A stretch of DNA of 63,920 nucleotides, filler included, from Octopus bimaculoides (GCF_001194135.2; 6 parts of 5 records of this genome joined end to end with filler, not necessarily neighbours in it), one strand, 5' to 3'. Numbered from the whole stretch's first letter, positions 50,477 through 63,013 are shown. Numbers and translations are program-made. Notes: generated by a model from the letters alone, not told the origin.

Positions 50477-52005
50477 CCATAAATTGTTATAAATAATGGT
50501 GAAGAATACTGTTATCAATTATACACGGAGACAGAGCGACATATTGGTAGAGCTGTTGAGTTACTTTTATCATGACATTTTACAGCACTGATAAATGTAA
50601 ACAAAAACAAAAACAAAAACAAAAAGAACAAGCTAATATATTATTGTAGAAAGTAATTTGAAATGTTTGAAGGAAGTGAATTGAAGAATCATTAAAAAGT
50701 CATTAAAATGACTTTTAATATTTTGTAAGCATACAGTCATGCTTATAGATAAACTCAAGATCATGGCATATCTATTTTAAAACAGGAAATTGTAGTGGAG
50801 AGAGAGAAAGCTACCTGAAGACAAATATGTGTGAGGTAATAAGCCGTTGTAAACTAATGAGGGACAAAAGCACATATTGTTGCTACATAGTCAAAATAAT
50901 ATAATTCTATACATAATAATATAATTCTATATGTTAATCTTGGGAGAGTAAGAACTTATTTGAAGTATCAACATTGATGTCTTTCCCTCAAAAGTAACTG
51001 TCTATATTTCTAATTGCTTTCTTTTATTTAATAAATGGGATGGTCATGGATATTATTGGTGAACTTGCTTGGTTCTTTAGCTGTAGGATCTTACTTTAAT
51101 CAAAGCATTGTGTTGACTGTTTGAAAACTTTGAATAGATTAACACCAACCAATCTAAAGAGTTTACTGAGAATAAAATACACTCAGTGAACTCTACAATG
51201 TCGTTGATGTCATGAAGGGCAACTAGCTTAGAAACTAAGTCAAAAATGAAAGTTATGAGTGAGGTGTGGTCCTTTAACTCTTCTAAGAGAATAGCAAAGA
51301 CTTACCCATCCTGTATCAGCATAGAAAGCAAATGTAAAATGCTGTTGTTGATGATGAAGTTGACAATGGTGATAATAATAGTGAGTGTTGGGATGTATAA
51401 GATTACAAATAAAGTGAAGACGTATATAAGAACTCAATACACTAAGATGACGTAAACTTAATACAAACATCAGGAAAAGAGAAATATAAGTCCAGAGAAA
51501 TACACTAGTTTGTATTTCACTTGTTTGGAAGATTACATAAAAGTATATTTGATGGTAAACAAGGGAAACCATATTGTAAGAGGTTATTAACAGTAAGACA
51601 TGTAAATCAGATATAAGAAACATGTTTCTTTAGATGTGAACTGTATTTAGCAAGACATTGATTATTGCAGTGCAATTAAAGTATTAGTAAGGAGACAAGG
51701 TGTATAGTTAATTAGCTAATTAGTGAAAGTAAAGTTGAAATAAAAAGATCAAATAAGGTGAGAAATCTTATATAATGAGTAAATTATGGTAGATATTTAA
51801 AAATAAGGAGTCGTATTTGTAAATTTGAAGAATGATAATTTGATTACTGATGGGAATAATTTATAGCTAAATTTGTAAAATAAAAGTAGGAATTTGGCAT
51901 GTGTTTATAAAATACATACATATAAATACATGCATATATGTATGTGTATATACATACATATATACATACACACGCATGTATATATATTAGTATGCATGTG
52001 TGTGT

Positions 52006-52047
<42 letters not shown>

Positions 52048-52484
52048 NNNNNNNNNNNNNNNNNNNNNNNNNNNNNNNNNNNNNNNNNNNNNNNNNNNNN
52101 NNNNNNNNNNNNNNNNNNNNNNNNNNNNNNNNNNNNNNNNNNNNNNNNNNNNNNNNNNNNNNNNNNNNNNNNNNNNNNNNNNNNNNNNNNNNNNNNNNNN
52201 NNNNNNNNNNNNNNNNNNNNNNNNNNNNNNNNNNNNNNNNNNNNNNNNNNNNNNNNNNNNNNNNNNNNNNNNNNNNNNNNNNNNNNNNNNNNNNNNNNNA
52301 TTATGTTGGTTTAACTTAGCCACATAAAAGTTCTCAGTTTTATGATATATATACATATCAGAAGATTTTGTACTTTTCAACGACAGTGAACTGGAATGCG
52401 TACCTAGTATGTACTGGAAAAAAATCAAATTGGAAAGTTCACTGTTGGTTTGAAAACCTCATTTTATAACTCGTTTCTTCTGCA

Positions 52485-52695
52485 TTCTGGCAGAAATGTT
52501 AGCATGCTGGGCGAAATGCTTAGGCGGTATTTTGTCTGTCTTTATGTTCTGAGTTCAAATTCCGCCAAGGTTGACTTTGCCTTTCATCCTTTTGGGGGTC
52601 AATAAATTAAGTACCAGTTGCATACTGGGTCGATCTAATCAACTGGCCCCTTGTCCAAAAAATTTTGGGCTGTGTGCCTAGAGTAGAAAAGATTA
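52485..52695 (+). mobile_element. SINE family B, full length
   Basis: ctggcagaaatgttagcatgctgggcgaaatgcttaggcggtatttt..gagttcaaattccgccaagg..tgtgcctagagtagaaaagatta. Confidence 0.88.
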
Positions 52696-53499
52696 TTTGT
52701 CTGTCAATATATATTTGTACATTTTGTGTGTTTATTTATAAATACACAAAATGTACAGAGATGGGAAATGATATTTTTTTTATTCCTGTTCATTGTACGA
52801 ACTATGAAAACAAGAACAGTGATCTCAGCAAAGGAATTAACTATTGTAAATATGTAACAGAGTGTAAGAGAGAGAGAAAAGACGAAGATGGAATGCTATC
52901 TCATGGTGTTAAATAAAACAGTATCTCACATTGAATTAGAATTAGTTTTCTTCAAAGAAGTTGCTTGGAAACCAAATTTTAATAAAAACATTAAAATTAG
53001 AATTTTTATGAAGTTTTTTTAGACAGACTTTAATTGCCTTCTTTTAGTAAAAGTTACATAATTCCAACTAATTAATAAACAGTTTTCTCCATTGTAATAT
53101 ATATCTGTGTGTGTGTCTGTATTGCTTTGCTTTCTTTGCTTGCTTGTTGTTAATGACAGTCCACCAAAGGCATCGACCCAAGGCATGGGAGCGGGATGTG
53201 GCAGACTAGACTGATATGGGATAGGCAGGTCCTCAGTTTTACACACACACACACATAGGGAAAGCCCCGAGTTCATCAGGAATCACCACTAAGATGCTTA
53301 AACTACCTGATGGAGTAGGATATGGCCTAATCACTTGTATAGTTAATCTGGAGGCATGTAAAAAGTGCCCTTCAAGCATTGGATCTCATGGAGGCAATGA
53401 TAAGTGCCCAAGACCTTTGACAATATGTCGTGCTTGAGAAGACCCATTAAGTAAAATCATAGTCAAGTAAAATAATAGTCATGGCTGATGCCAGTGTCA

Positions 53500-53660
53500 T
53501 GTAACTAGCACCTGTGCCGGTGTCATGCAAAAAGTACTCATTACACTCTTGAAGTGGTTACTATTAGGAAGGGCATCCAGCTATAAAAACCATGCCAAAT
53601 CAGATTGGAACCAGTTTCAGTTAAGCTGTCTAACCCATGCCAGCATGGAAAGCAGACACT
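53500..53660 (+). mobile_element. RTE-type 3' UTR-derived repeat
   Basis: ggaagggcatccagctataaaaaccatgcc...aacccatgccagcatggaaagcagac; same family as the tail of the RTE at 57712. Confidence 0.7.
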
Positions 53661-53738
53661 ATATGTTAGTATATTTATGTGTAATTACACTTGCTATTTG
53701 TGAAAATTTTCCTTCTCTGGGCTTTTCTATTTTCCTTT

Positions 53739-53765
53739 CTGATGAAGAGCTATGCTTGAAATGTT
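53739..53765 (+). ncRNA. Degenerate minimal hammerhead ribozyme-like core (PLE pLTR type)
   Basis: CTGATGA-a-GAGC-tat-GCTT-GAAAt; stem III partner not confirmed. Confidence 0.4.
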
Positions 53766-53921
53766 AAAAACCCACTCTTTTATCCACCTTTACTGAGCAT
53801 CAAACTAATATATTCCATGTGTATGTCCTCTTGTTGTTTTATTGTTATTTTTAATGTTTAATTGTCAATGTTCAACTTCTTATATTCGATTTGACTATTT
53901 ACATATGACGATACATATATA

Positions 53922-54172
53922 TTGGGTTGGTGCATAATTATTTCGGCTTTCTTTCAACAAATTTTATTCAACAAAAACAATAACAACATGTAACGAAAAC
54001 ATCTTTAAATGATTATTCCGGAGCATATTCACCATCTACTTCAATTACTGCTTCCCATTTGCTTGGCAGACGGTCAGACCATCATTTAAAAATGCTTTTG
54101 TTAAATATTGTTATTGTTTTTGGGGAATAAAATTTGTTGAAAAAAAGCCGCAATAATTATGCACCAACCCAA
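53922..54172 (-). mobile_element. mariner-derived MITE with TA target-site duplication
   Basis: TA-ttgggttggtgcataattatt(t)cggctt ... aagccgcaataattatgcaccaacccaa-TA; interior minus strand encodes GLDRLPSKWEAVIEVDGEYAPE*, a transposase C-terminus. Confidence 0.92.
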
Positions 54173-54249
54173 TATATATACATATACGTGTGTGTGTGTG
54201 TATGTGTGTGTATGTATGTGTGTGTGTGTGTGTATACAAAGTGTGTCTG

Positions 54250-54385
54250 CGCAGTTTCTGTCAACCAAATTCCCCTAACAAGGTCAATAAGTGGTTATGG
54301 TAGATGATACATCCCAATGTTCTACACAATTGTATTTTATCTGGAACTATGTGGCTGGGATGTGAACTTCTTGACCATTCAAACT
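54250..54385 (-). mobile_element. SINE family A, diverged 5' half
   Basis: cagtttctgtcaaccaaattcc..ggttatggtagatgatacatccc..tggaactatgtggctggg. Confidence 0.5.
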
Positions 54386-54426
54386 AACAATGCTTGTAAT
54401 GATTTCAATCAATTGATGTTGTATGT

Positions 54427-54640
54427 CATCATCATCATCATTTAACATCCACTTTCCATGCTGGCATCGACTGAACAGTTTGACAGGATCTGGTGAAATA
54501 CAGGGCTGCATTGAGTCCCATATCAGCTTTGGTAAGATTTCTGTGACTAGATGCCTTTCCTAATCGCAACAAGTTTACAGTGTATATTGAGTGCTTCTTT
54601 TCATGCTATTGGCACTTGTGAAGTTACCAAATAACATGCA
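54427..54640 (-). mobile_element. RTE-type 3' UTR-derived repeat
   Basis: catcatcatcatttaacatccactttccatgctggcat...atgcctttcctaat. Confidence 0.7.
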
Positions 54641-55252
54641 AGACAAGAAAGAAACAGGGAAAGGAAAAGGTAAAAACCTTCTTGCAGGAGATGGCTTTCA
54701 AACAAGTGTTGAGAGGCTAAAATATGATAGAAGGACAAGCACAGGAGCCTTGCTGTAGAGAAGACACATAACTATTCTGCATTTATAAGGATGGTTGAGA
54801 ATAGCTGGGAAGAAAATATGATAGTAGTGATGGAGTACCAGAGCAAACCCTCAAGGTACAAGAATGTGAGTGAATGAGAGAATATGGATAGGGATTTAGG
54901 ATGGGTAGAAGAAGGGGAGATTGTTTCATAAAAATGTGAAGAAAGAGATATAGAGGCTTGAGATGGTGGTAGAGGTGAGTGAAGTGAATAATGAACGAAG
55001 TTGGAGGTGTAGTTGATGGGAAATATTAGAATAGAGAGTGGGGTGAAGTGAGAGAGACAGAAGTGTTGCCCTGGAGGATAGATCAGGAAGTAAGGGGATG
55101 ATGTGCAAAGTGTAAAAGCAGCAGGGAGGGAGATTTAGAGACACATAAGGGTGGCTATTGTGAGTGGGGCATGATAGCAGATATGATAGAATATTCACAA
55201 TGGTGGCATATTTGTGAGTTATTCAAATGAAGTATGGCAGAAGAGAGGGTGA

Positions 55253-55420
55253 CATAAAAGCACCCAGTACATTCTGTAAGGTGGTTGGTGCTAGGAAGGG
55301 CTCAGCTATAGAAACCATGGCAAAACACACATGGAACCTGGGTCATTCTTCAGTTGACCAGTTCCTATCAAACCATCCAACCATACCAGTATTGAAAACA
55401 AAAATTAAATGATGATGATG
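55253..55420 (+). mobile_element. RTE-type 3' tail copy (left arm of inverted pair)
   Basis: Ends in (GAT)n; reverse complement of 56883-57047. Confidence 0.85.
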
Positions 55421-55924
55421 ATGATGATGATGGTGGTGGTCTGTGAAAATAGTGTGGGAAGGGATGATGATGAGCATGAGGGATGGAAGTGGCTTCAGAG
55501 ATGGAGAAGGGGGTAAAATGGTACACAAAGAATGAATGGTTAGAGATGTAATCTGTCCTGATTACACTCTCAAGTGATATCAGCATCCTCTTACTTCCTG
55601 ATCTATCCTTCTTAAGCCACAGCGGCCAAAGAGTTCCACAGAATTCTACTGTATTATTTATATTCTAAAATGTCTTATCTGAAGAAGGTTTTTACATAAG
55701 AGATGAATTAATTTTCTGCCTTGATCTGAAACACATGAATTAAATGTATTCAAAATATCAATATTTAGTTTGACTTCTCTGTTATGTTATACAACTCCAA
55801 ACCTTACTTTGTTTTCACGGATACCCAAACAAGATTAGTTTTACTGGACCTGAATTGAAAATTCTGGTAAAGTGCATCACTTTTAAGCATAATATACAAT
55901 GTATGTATATGTGTGTGTGTGTGT

Positions 55925-56760
55925 ATCATTATCATAAGCATCATTTCACATCTGTTCTCCATGCTGGTACGGGTTGAACAGTTTGATAGGAGCTGGCCAG
56001 CTAGAGAGCTGCCCAGGCTCCATCTGTCTGTTTTGGCATGGTTTCTGCAGCTGGATACCCTTCCTAATGCCAACCACTTTATAGAGTGTACTGAGAGCTT
56101 TAAATGTGGCACCTGCCTGGGCACTTTTGTGTGTAACTGGCATGAAACTTTTTTGTGCTTTTATGTGGCACCAGCACCCATGAGCCCACAAGACTAAGAT
56201 CTCTTTGCTGAAAGAGGGATGTAGAGGACATGCCTTTATCCATGGATGGCCAGGATTTTACTTCACCTGACATGTAAACTGCCAGAAGTCTCGGTCCCTT
56301 GTCATCTGTTCTGTGAGTCTCAATATCTGAAAATCCTTTTTACCACTTCGTCTCATGTCTCACTGGGTCTATCCCTTCCACATGTTCTTTCGATAATTAG
56401 AGACTGGCTCTTCTTGATGCAACTGACCTCATTCATATGCATCACATGAACATACTAGCGTAGTCTTCTTGCAAACTACATCTGATGCCTCAAATACCCA
56501 ACTTTTCTCTCAAATCACTTACACTCTGTCATACATGCACACTGACATTACCCATCCAGTAGAGCATACTGGCTTCATTTCTTTCAAGCCTTCACATGTC
56601 CTCAGGAGTCACAGCCCATGTCTCAATGTAGCATAGCTGTTTGTACATAGGCATCATACAATCTGCCTTTTACTAACAGAGGTAGCAGCTTTCAGAACCT
56701 TTCCCAGGCTGTTCATAGCTATGCTTTCAGGACTACCTCCCTCACTGCTAACTTGGTCAC
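55925..56760 (-). mobile_element. RTE-clade LINE, 5'-truncated and degenerate
   Basis: Parallels 57712-58570 (gccagtatgctc, gagaaaagttggg, catcagatgt) and ends in a 3' UTR with a (GAT)n tail. Confidence 0.75.
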
Positions 56761-56882
56761 TTAAGTAATGGAAAATGTTTACTACTTCTAAGAATCTCCC
56801 TAGACATTTAAGGGAGTTTATTTTCAGTACATTCCTAGTGTTTAGTGTATGTGCACATCTGACACATACAAAAACACATATA

Positions 56883-57047
56883 TCATCATCATTTAATTTT
56901 CGTTTTCAGTACTGGTATGGTTGAATGGTTTGATAGGAACTGGTCAACTGAAAAGCGACCCAGGCTCCATGTGTGTTTAACATGGTTTCTAAGGTTGAGC
57001 CCTTCCTGGCACCAACCACCTTACAGAATGTACTGGGTGCTTTTATG
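56883..57047 (-). mobile_element. RTE-type 3' tail copy (right arm of inverted pair)
   Basis: See 55253. Confidence 0.85.
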
Positions 57048-57212
57048 CAGCAGTAGCATTGGTACAGGTGTTTTTTACGTGGTACCAAACCCATGAATGT
57101 GCAAGATTAGGAATACTTAGCTGGAGAGGGATGCAGGGAATATGCCTGTATGCAAGGACAACCACTCTTTTACTTAGTTTGGTGTGTCTTCTCAAGCATG
57201 TATTTGTAAGCA

Positions 57213-57423
57213 TTCTTTTACTAGTTTCAGTCATTTGACTGCGGCCGTGCTGGAGCACCACCTTTAGTTGAACTAATCAACCGCAGAACTTATTCTTTGT
57301 AAGTCTAGTATTTATTCTATTGGTTTCTTTTGTTGAACCGTTAAGTTATGGGGACGTAAACACACCAGCATTGGTTGTCAAGCGATGGTGGGGGGGACAC
57401 AAACACAGACATACAAACACTCA

Positions 57424-57464
<41 letters not shown>

Positions 57465-57695
57465 GACGGGTTTCTTTCAGTTNNNNNNNNNNNNNNNNNN
57501 NNNNNNNNNNNNNNNNNNNNNNNNNNNNNNNNNNNNNNNNNNNNNNNNNNNNNNNNNNNNNNNNNNNNNNNNNNNNNNNNNNNNNNNNNNNNNNNNNNNN
57601 NNNNNNNNNNNNNNNNNNNNNNNNNNNNNNNNNNNNNNNNNNNNNNNNNNNNNNNNNCAGTGGGACTGAACCCGGAACAATGTGGTTGGCACCTG
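57213..57695 (-). mobile_element. SINE family A spanning an N gap
   Basis: 3' half at 57213-57410, (CA)n, acgggtttctttcagtt, gap, then cagtgggactgaacccggaac. Confidence 0.85.
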
Positions 57696-57711
57696 TGTGT
57701 GTATATAGATA

Positions 57712-58572
57712 TCATCATCATCATCATCGTCGTTTAACGTCCACTTTCCATGCTGACATGGGTTGGATGGTTTGACTGAGGACTGGCGAGCCAGAAGGCT
57801 GCACCAGGCTCCAGTCTGATCTGGCAATGATCATGCTTAAATTTTGTTTTTAAAGTGCCACCGGCATGGGAGCCAGTCAGTGGCCCTGGTAACGATCATG
57901 CTTGGATGGTGCTTTTAACGTTCCGCTGGCACTAGTGTCAATCAGGCGGTACTGTCATTGACCACATCAGTGATTTTGATTTCACTTAACAGGTCTTCGC
58001 AAGCAAAGTTTATTGTCCAATGAATGAAGGGTACTCATATGTGGGCTGTTTATACATCACTGGCATAGATCATGGGTTATGGTCTCACTTGGCTTGTCTG
58101 GTCTTCTCAAGCACAGCATATCTCCAAAGGTCTTGGTCACTAATCATTGCCTTAGAGAGGCCCAATGTTTGAATGTCGGGCTTCACCACCTCATCCCAGG
58201 TCTTCCTGGCTCTACCTCTTCCACAGATTCCCTCAACTGCTAGGGTGTGACACTTTTTCACACAGCTGTCCTCATCCATTCGCAACACAATGACCATACC
58301 AGTGCAGTTGTCTCTCTTGCACACCACATCTGATGCTTCTTAAGTCCAACTTTTCTCTCAGGGCTCTTATACTCTGTCGTGTATGCACACTGACAGTGTA
58401 GCATACTGGCTTCATTCCTTACAAGCTTACGCATGTCCTCAGCAGTCATGGCCCATGTTTCACTGCCATGTAGCATGGCTGTTCATACACATGTATCATA
58501 CAGTCTCCCTTTTACTCTGAGCGAGAGGCCCTTTGTCACCAGCAGAGGTAGGAGCTCTCTGAACTTTGCCCA
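57712..58572 (-). mobile_element. RTE-clade LINE 3' end
   Basis: MLHGSETWAMTAEDMRKLVRNEASML and VEGICGRGRARKTWDEVVKPDIQTLGL..DLWRYAV, then 3' UTR and (GAT)n tail. Confidence 0.88.
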
Positions 58573-58870
58573 AGAAGGAAGCACACTCTAAAGAATAGAG
58601 CAGTAATTATTACGACAAAAATTTTATATCTTGGACATAGAGTTACCCAAGGTTTCACATCCACAAGGCAAGGCCTTGTGGACAGCTTGTTAGACTCTCT
58701 ATAAATATAAAATTTAAAATATCTACATAGGCGACGTGAGGAAGCACTCAGAACTCAAGAAATATGTCTTAACAAAAAAACGTTAATGAAGATGGGTTAC
58801 TTCCCTGAATCAGAGGTGGGGAAAAAATCCTTTATAAACTCAAAGAGGCCTAACTAGTAAACGGGGAGAT

Positions 58871-59872
58871 CTAATTTTCCAGTAAGTAGCGCTTGAAGTG
58901 GATACATTTAGAAAATACTTCTTTACAGGTGTTTAATGCACCAGGTTTCTTATAGGCCTAAGGAATTTTGGTTCTCTCCATGATGTAGATCTTGCAATGG
59001 CCACTTCCATTAATATATGGGCCCAGATGATCAGTTAATTCCCACCTGATGTCACACAGGGTCCCTTGCTCTTTGAGGTGTCACACATTGCAGGCCAGGG
59101 ATGTGTCAAACCATCTTTCTGAGACTTTGAAGGATGATTGGTGGTTAAGAAACCATTGCTTAAATGAAGTACTAGCAGAACCAACATATTTACACACATG
59201 GAATGTGGCCCTATTCACACCCCTAGTAACATATGGTGTGGGACTAGTCATCCCATCATTGTCAAAGATAAATATTTGTTTATCTTCTGAGGTGGCAGAA
59301 CTGAAAATGGCAGATACCTCCTTTAAGTTGCTGGTCCTGGATAGGTCATTATTTTTAGGTGTGTTGTTTGTACTGGTGGTAACATAGATTGTGACCCTGG
59401 TCACTCTATCTGTATCTATGGTTTGTTCATTATCAGCGGCAGTAGTACCAGGGTCTTCGGTGATGGTTAGTGTCGTGAATGTGTGAGGGGAGGGAAGTCA
59501 CTAAGGGGGCAAGGACACGGTTGAGGTATTAAGAGATGAGTTCCATGGGGCAGTTACAAGTGAAGACGATGGGGTGGCCAGGGTTGTTGGGTTTGGGGAT
59601 TTTGGGAAGGAAATAAATGGTGGGGGTGTGAGGAGTGCAGACAATAAGGTTGGAGACGGTGGGAGGGAGACAGGAGGAGGAGATGAGGTCATGGATAGTG
59701 GAGGACTGTTGGTAGCTAGGTGTGAGGTTGGAGGGCAGAAGGAGGTGTCTTGAAGTTGGCAGAGAGCTTTATGTATTAGGGAATCCCTTGCGATACTCAG
59801 GTCTTTTGGACCAAAAACGTTAAATAAGTTCACTGAGGTAGTCCCCTTCTGCAACCATAAGTTTTCCTCCAC
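58871..59872 (-). pseudogene. Single interrupted reading frame: Pro/Ser/Thr-rich region fused to a PLE-type GIY-YIG endonuclease, no RT
   Basis: ORFs 59501-59872 and 59081-59404 share one frame, which continues KYVGSASTSFKQWFLNHQSSFK..TSLACNV*HLKEQG..DIRWEL..YINGSGHCKIYIMERTKIP*AYKKPGALNTCKEVFSKCIHFKRYLLEN*. Confidence 0.75.
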
Positions 59873-62139
59873 CTTCTTGAAATTGTATAGAAATAAAAAT
59901 AAATTTTAAAACAATAGATAATAACAAGTGTAATAGTTTGCATTAGGGTGATTTGAAACCTCGAAGATTGGTTTTGATACTGCAGCCTGTTTGACTATTC
60001 TAAAATAGCACTTTTTAAAAATTTTTTAAAATCTTTCCATTTATTTGCATGGGCTGGTCTATATTGACTATATATATTTGCTCTTTTATAAAAATTGCTT
60101 TTCTCTTTATGCACGTCGTGACATTTGTATGTAAGTTTACCCTGACGAGGGGGTCATCACCAGTTTGCACTCTATTGTGTTTAGAATGTGGTGTTGTACG
60201 TGGTTTTCAGTAAAATTGATTTTACTGATTGATACCTGCTGGGTGCTGTAATTGTATTTTGACCCATGTGTTGTGAACTTTTGACATGGTGAGCGGAATT
60301 AAATTTTATATGTTTTACCTGCTGATACCTGCTGGGTGCCTGTTATTCACTCTTGTATATACCTAACTGGTGCGGACTTGCCCATTGGTGTCTACTGTTT
60401 TTGAGTTATAAAATGTGCCCGAGAGAGATGAAGAACTTTGTGCTTTAACTCTAAATNNNNNNNNNNGGTGTCTACTGTTTTTGAGTTATAAAATGTGCCC
60501 GAGAGAGATGAAGAACTTTGTGCTTTAACTCTAAATGGTGTTAAATCATTTCTGTCCTTGATTTTTAACCGATGGACTGCTTTATGGTACCTCATTTCTT
60601 TATTTTATTTTACTTTATTTTATATCAACCTATATTATATTATATATTTGAAATTTTTATTCCTTTTATTCATATTAATTTTTATTTGTATTAATTTTAA
60701 CTATGAAATGATATTTATGTGTATTGTATTATACCTTTAACTCAATTTTTTTCATTTGTATGTTATCGGTTGAAACAATATATTCGTGTATAAAATTTTA
60801 TACTATATGTTCTATTTCTTGCATCTTACTTCTTATATATTTCTTATTCTTTTATTTATTATTTCTTCTTACGTTATTTTTCTTACGTTATTTCTTCTTA
60901 TTCCTTATGTTTGACGGATTATGTTGTATATCTTATATATGTTCATTGAGGGGGTGTGATATGTTGAGTCGTTAACCCAGCGTTTTTATTCTATAACTAA
61001 TATTTTACTCTTGTCTCAATTATTCTGAGCACTTCTCCTTGTAGCCCTGTTTAAANNNNNNNNNNNNNNNNNNNNNNNNNNNNNNNNNNNNNNNNNNNNT
61101 TAATTAATTAANNNNNNNNNNNNNNNNNNNNNNNNNNNNNNNNNNNNNNNNNNNNTTTTTTAAAAAACAGTATAAAATCTGAAGATTGGCTATAATAATA
61201 AAGTTTTCCAGTAAAATTGCTATGAAGGTATGATGCTGTGGGGAAAAAATTGGAGGGAAAATATACAGAGATTTCAAAATCGAAAAACTGTGTATTTATA
61301 GCCAAAAGCGAGACTGAAATTTTCTGCGTTTAGCGTCGCGGTGTCAACTTTTTAGGCTGTATCTGTGAAATTAATAGTTTAGCGTCTGTGAAATGACCTC
61401 TTTATTGTAGGTTTCTAAATAAGCATAAATACCTAATGAAATCAACATGTATCGTCATACTGTTTGTTTTGTCTCTTCATTGACTGTAGGTTTTTATTCA
61501 AAGTTGACTAACGTTTTCGTGTTTGGATTTGTAAACAATTTGTCCCAAGAAAAACAATACCTGTATCTTATATGCTATTGCATATAAGATACCAATTCAA
61601 AAATAATGTTAAGTTATTTGTACTAAATTCACATATTCCATTCACCTTTATAATTCCAAGAAACTGTATAAACATAGCAAGCAACTTTTGCTATATAGGA
61701 AAAATATGTAAACGTATTAAGACGATTGAGGAAAAATATAAAATTCTAATTGATAAATATATATTTTTTTTTAAACAGGACACGCAGGTGAAGTAAATCT
61801 CGAGTGAAGAATCAACACAATCGGGTGAAACACAACACAACGTGCAGTTGTCATGGTAGCAAGCTGTTAATACCTCGCTGTCTGTTGATTGGCTAAAATT
61901 ACCCAAATTNNNNNNNNNNAAGCTGTTAATACCTCGCTGTCTGTTGATTGGCTAAAATTACCCAAATTTTCGAACTTTAATTCCAAATAACCTCAGATTC
62001 ATTAATGGACGAGATTAAGTAATTAGTTGATTGTAATCAAAATTCAGAGTTGCATTGATACATCAAAACTGAAAGCAATTTNNNNNNNNNNCAAAATTAA
62101 AGGGAGCTGGTTTGCGAATGAGAAAGACTAGATCCACAT

Positions 62140-62541
62140 TGTCATCTTTTTCGATTAGAAAGCATTTTTTCTTGGTGATCTCTGACAACTATATCTGGCC
62201 TATTGGCCTTAATTNNNNNNNNNNNNNNNNNNNNCATACCCCAGGATATGGTAGCTTTCTCATTTTCTCTGACCTTTTCTGAAGTGAGCCAATGCCATCT
62301 TTTTTCTGTTGTTATTCCACAGTTTTAGCGTAGCTACCAGTGTATATAAGTCTCAACTATTTCGTATCTATGAATATATTCCTTCTTAGCCAGGACTGAG
62401 CAGCCAGAGGAGATATGATTTATTGTTTCTTTTCCATCTCCACATATTCTGTGGTTACTTGTATTTCTTTTCATTATATGTTTTTGGTAATTTCTGCTGG
62501 AAAGCAAATTTGTGGTATTAAGCAGAATATTTGCTGTAGCC
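62140..62541 (-). mobile_element. R4/Dong-clade fragment, same family as 26496 and 27104
   Basis: gattagaaagcatttttt.cttggtgatctctgacaactatatctggcctattggcctta is nearly identical to 26783-26840 and 27460-27520; gap-broken. Confidence 0.8.
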
Positions 62542-62939
62542 TANNNNNNNNNNNNNNNNNNNNNNNNNNNNNNNNNNNNNNNNNNNNTTAATTAATTAAN
62601 NNNNNNNNNNNNNNNNNNNNNNNNNNNNNNNNNNNNNNNNNNNATATATATATATATATATATGTCTGTATACATATACATATGTATGTATGCATGTATG
62701 TAAGTACGTATGTTTTGTGGCACCCAATTACGCAAATAAAATGCATCTTAAACAGACACACACACACAAGCACACCTGTAAATAGAAATACACGTATACA
62801 CACATACACGCACACACACACACACGCACAAACAAACACACTTGCGCACGCGTGATATGGCACGCAATCACACGTACAGCTTTATGTATACAACAGCAAA
62901 CAGACGTTATAAAACAGAAAGAAAAACTAAACGAAAATA

Positions 62940-62978
62940 ACACTAATAATAATAATAATAATAATAATAATAGTAATA

Positions 62979-63013
<35 letters not shown>

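Noticed and set aside
60390-60536. Exact ~70-bp direct repeat across a short N run (likewise 61860-61968)
   Set aside because: Identical sequence on both sides of a tiny gap is a typical unmerged contig overlap artefact
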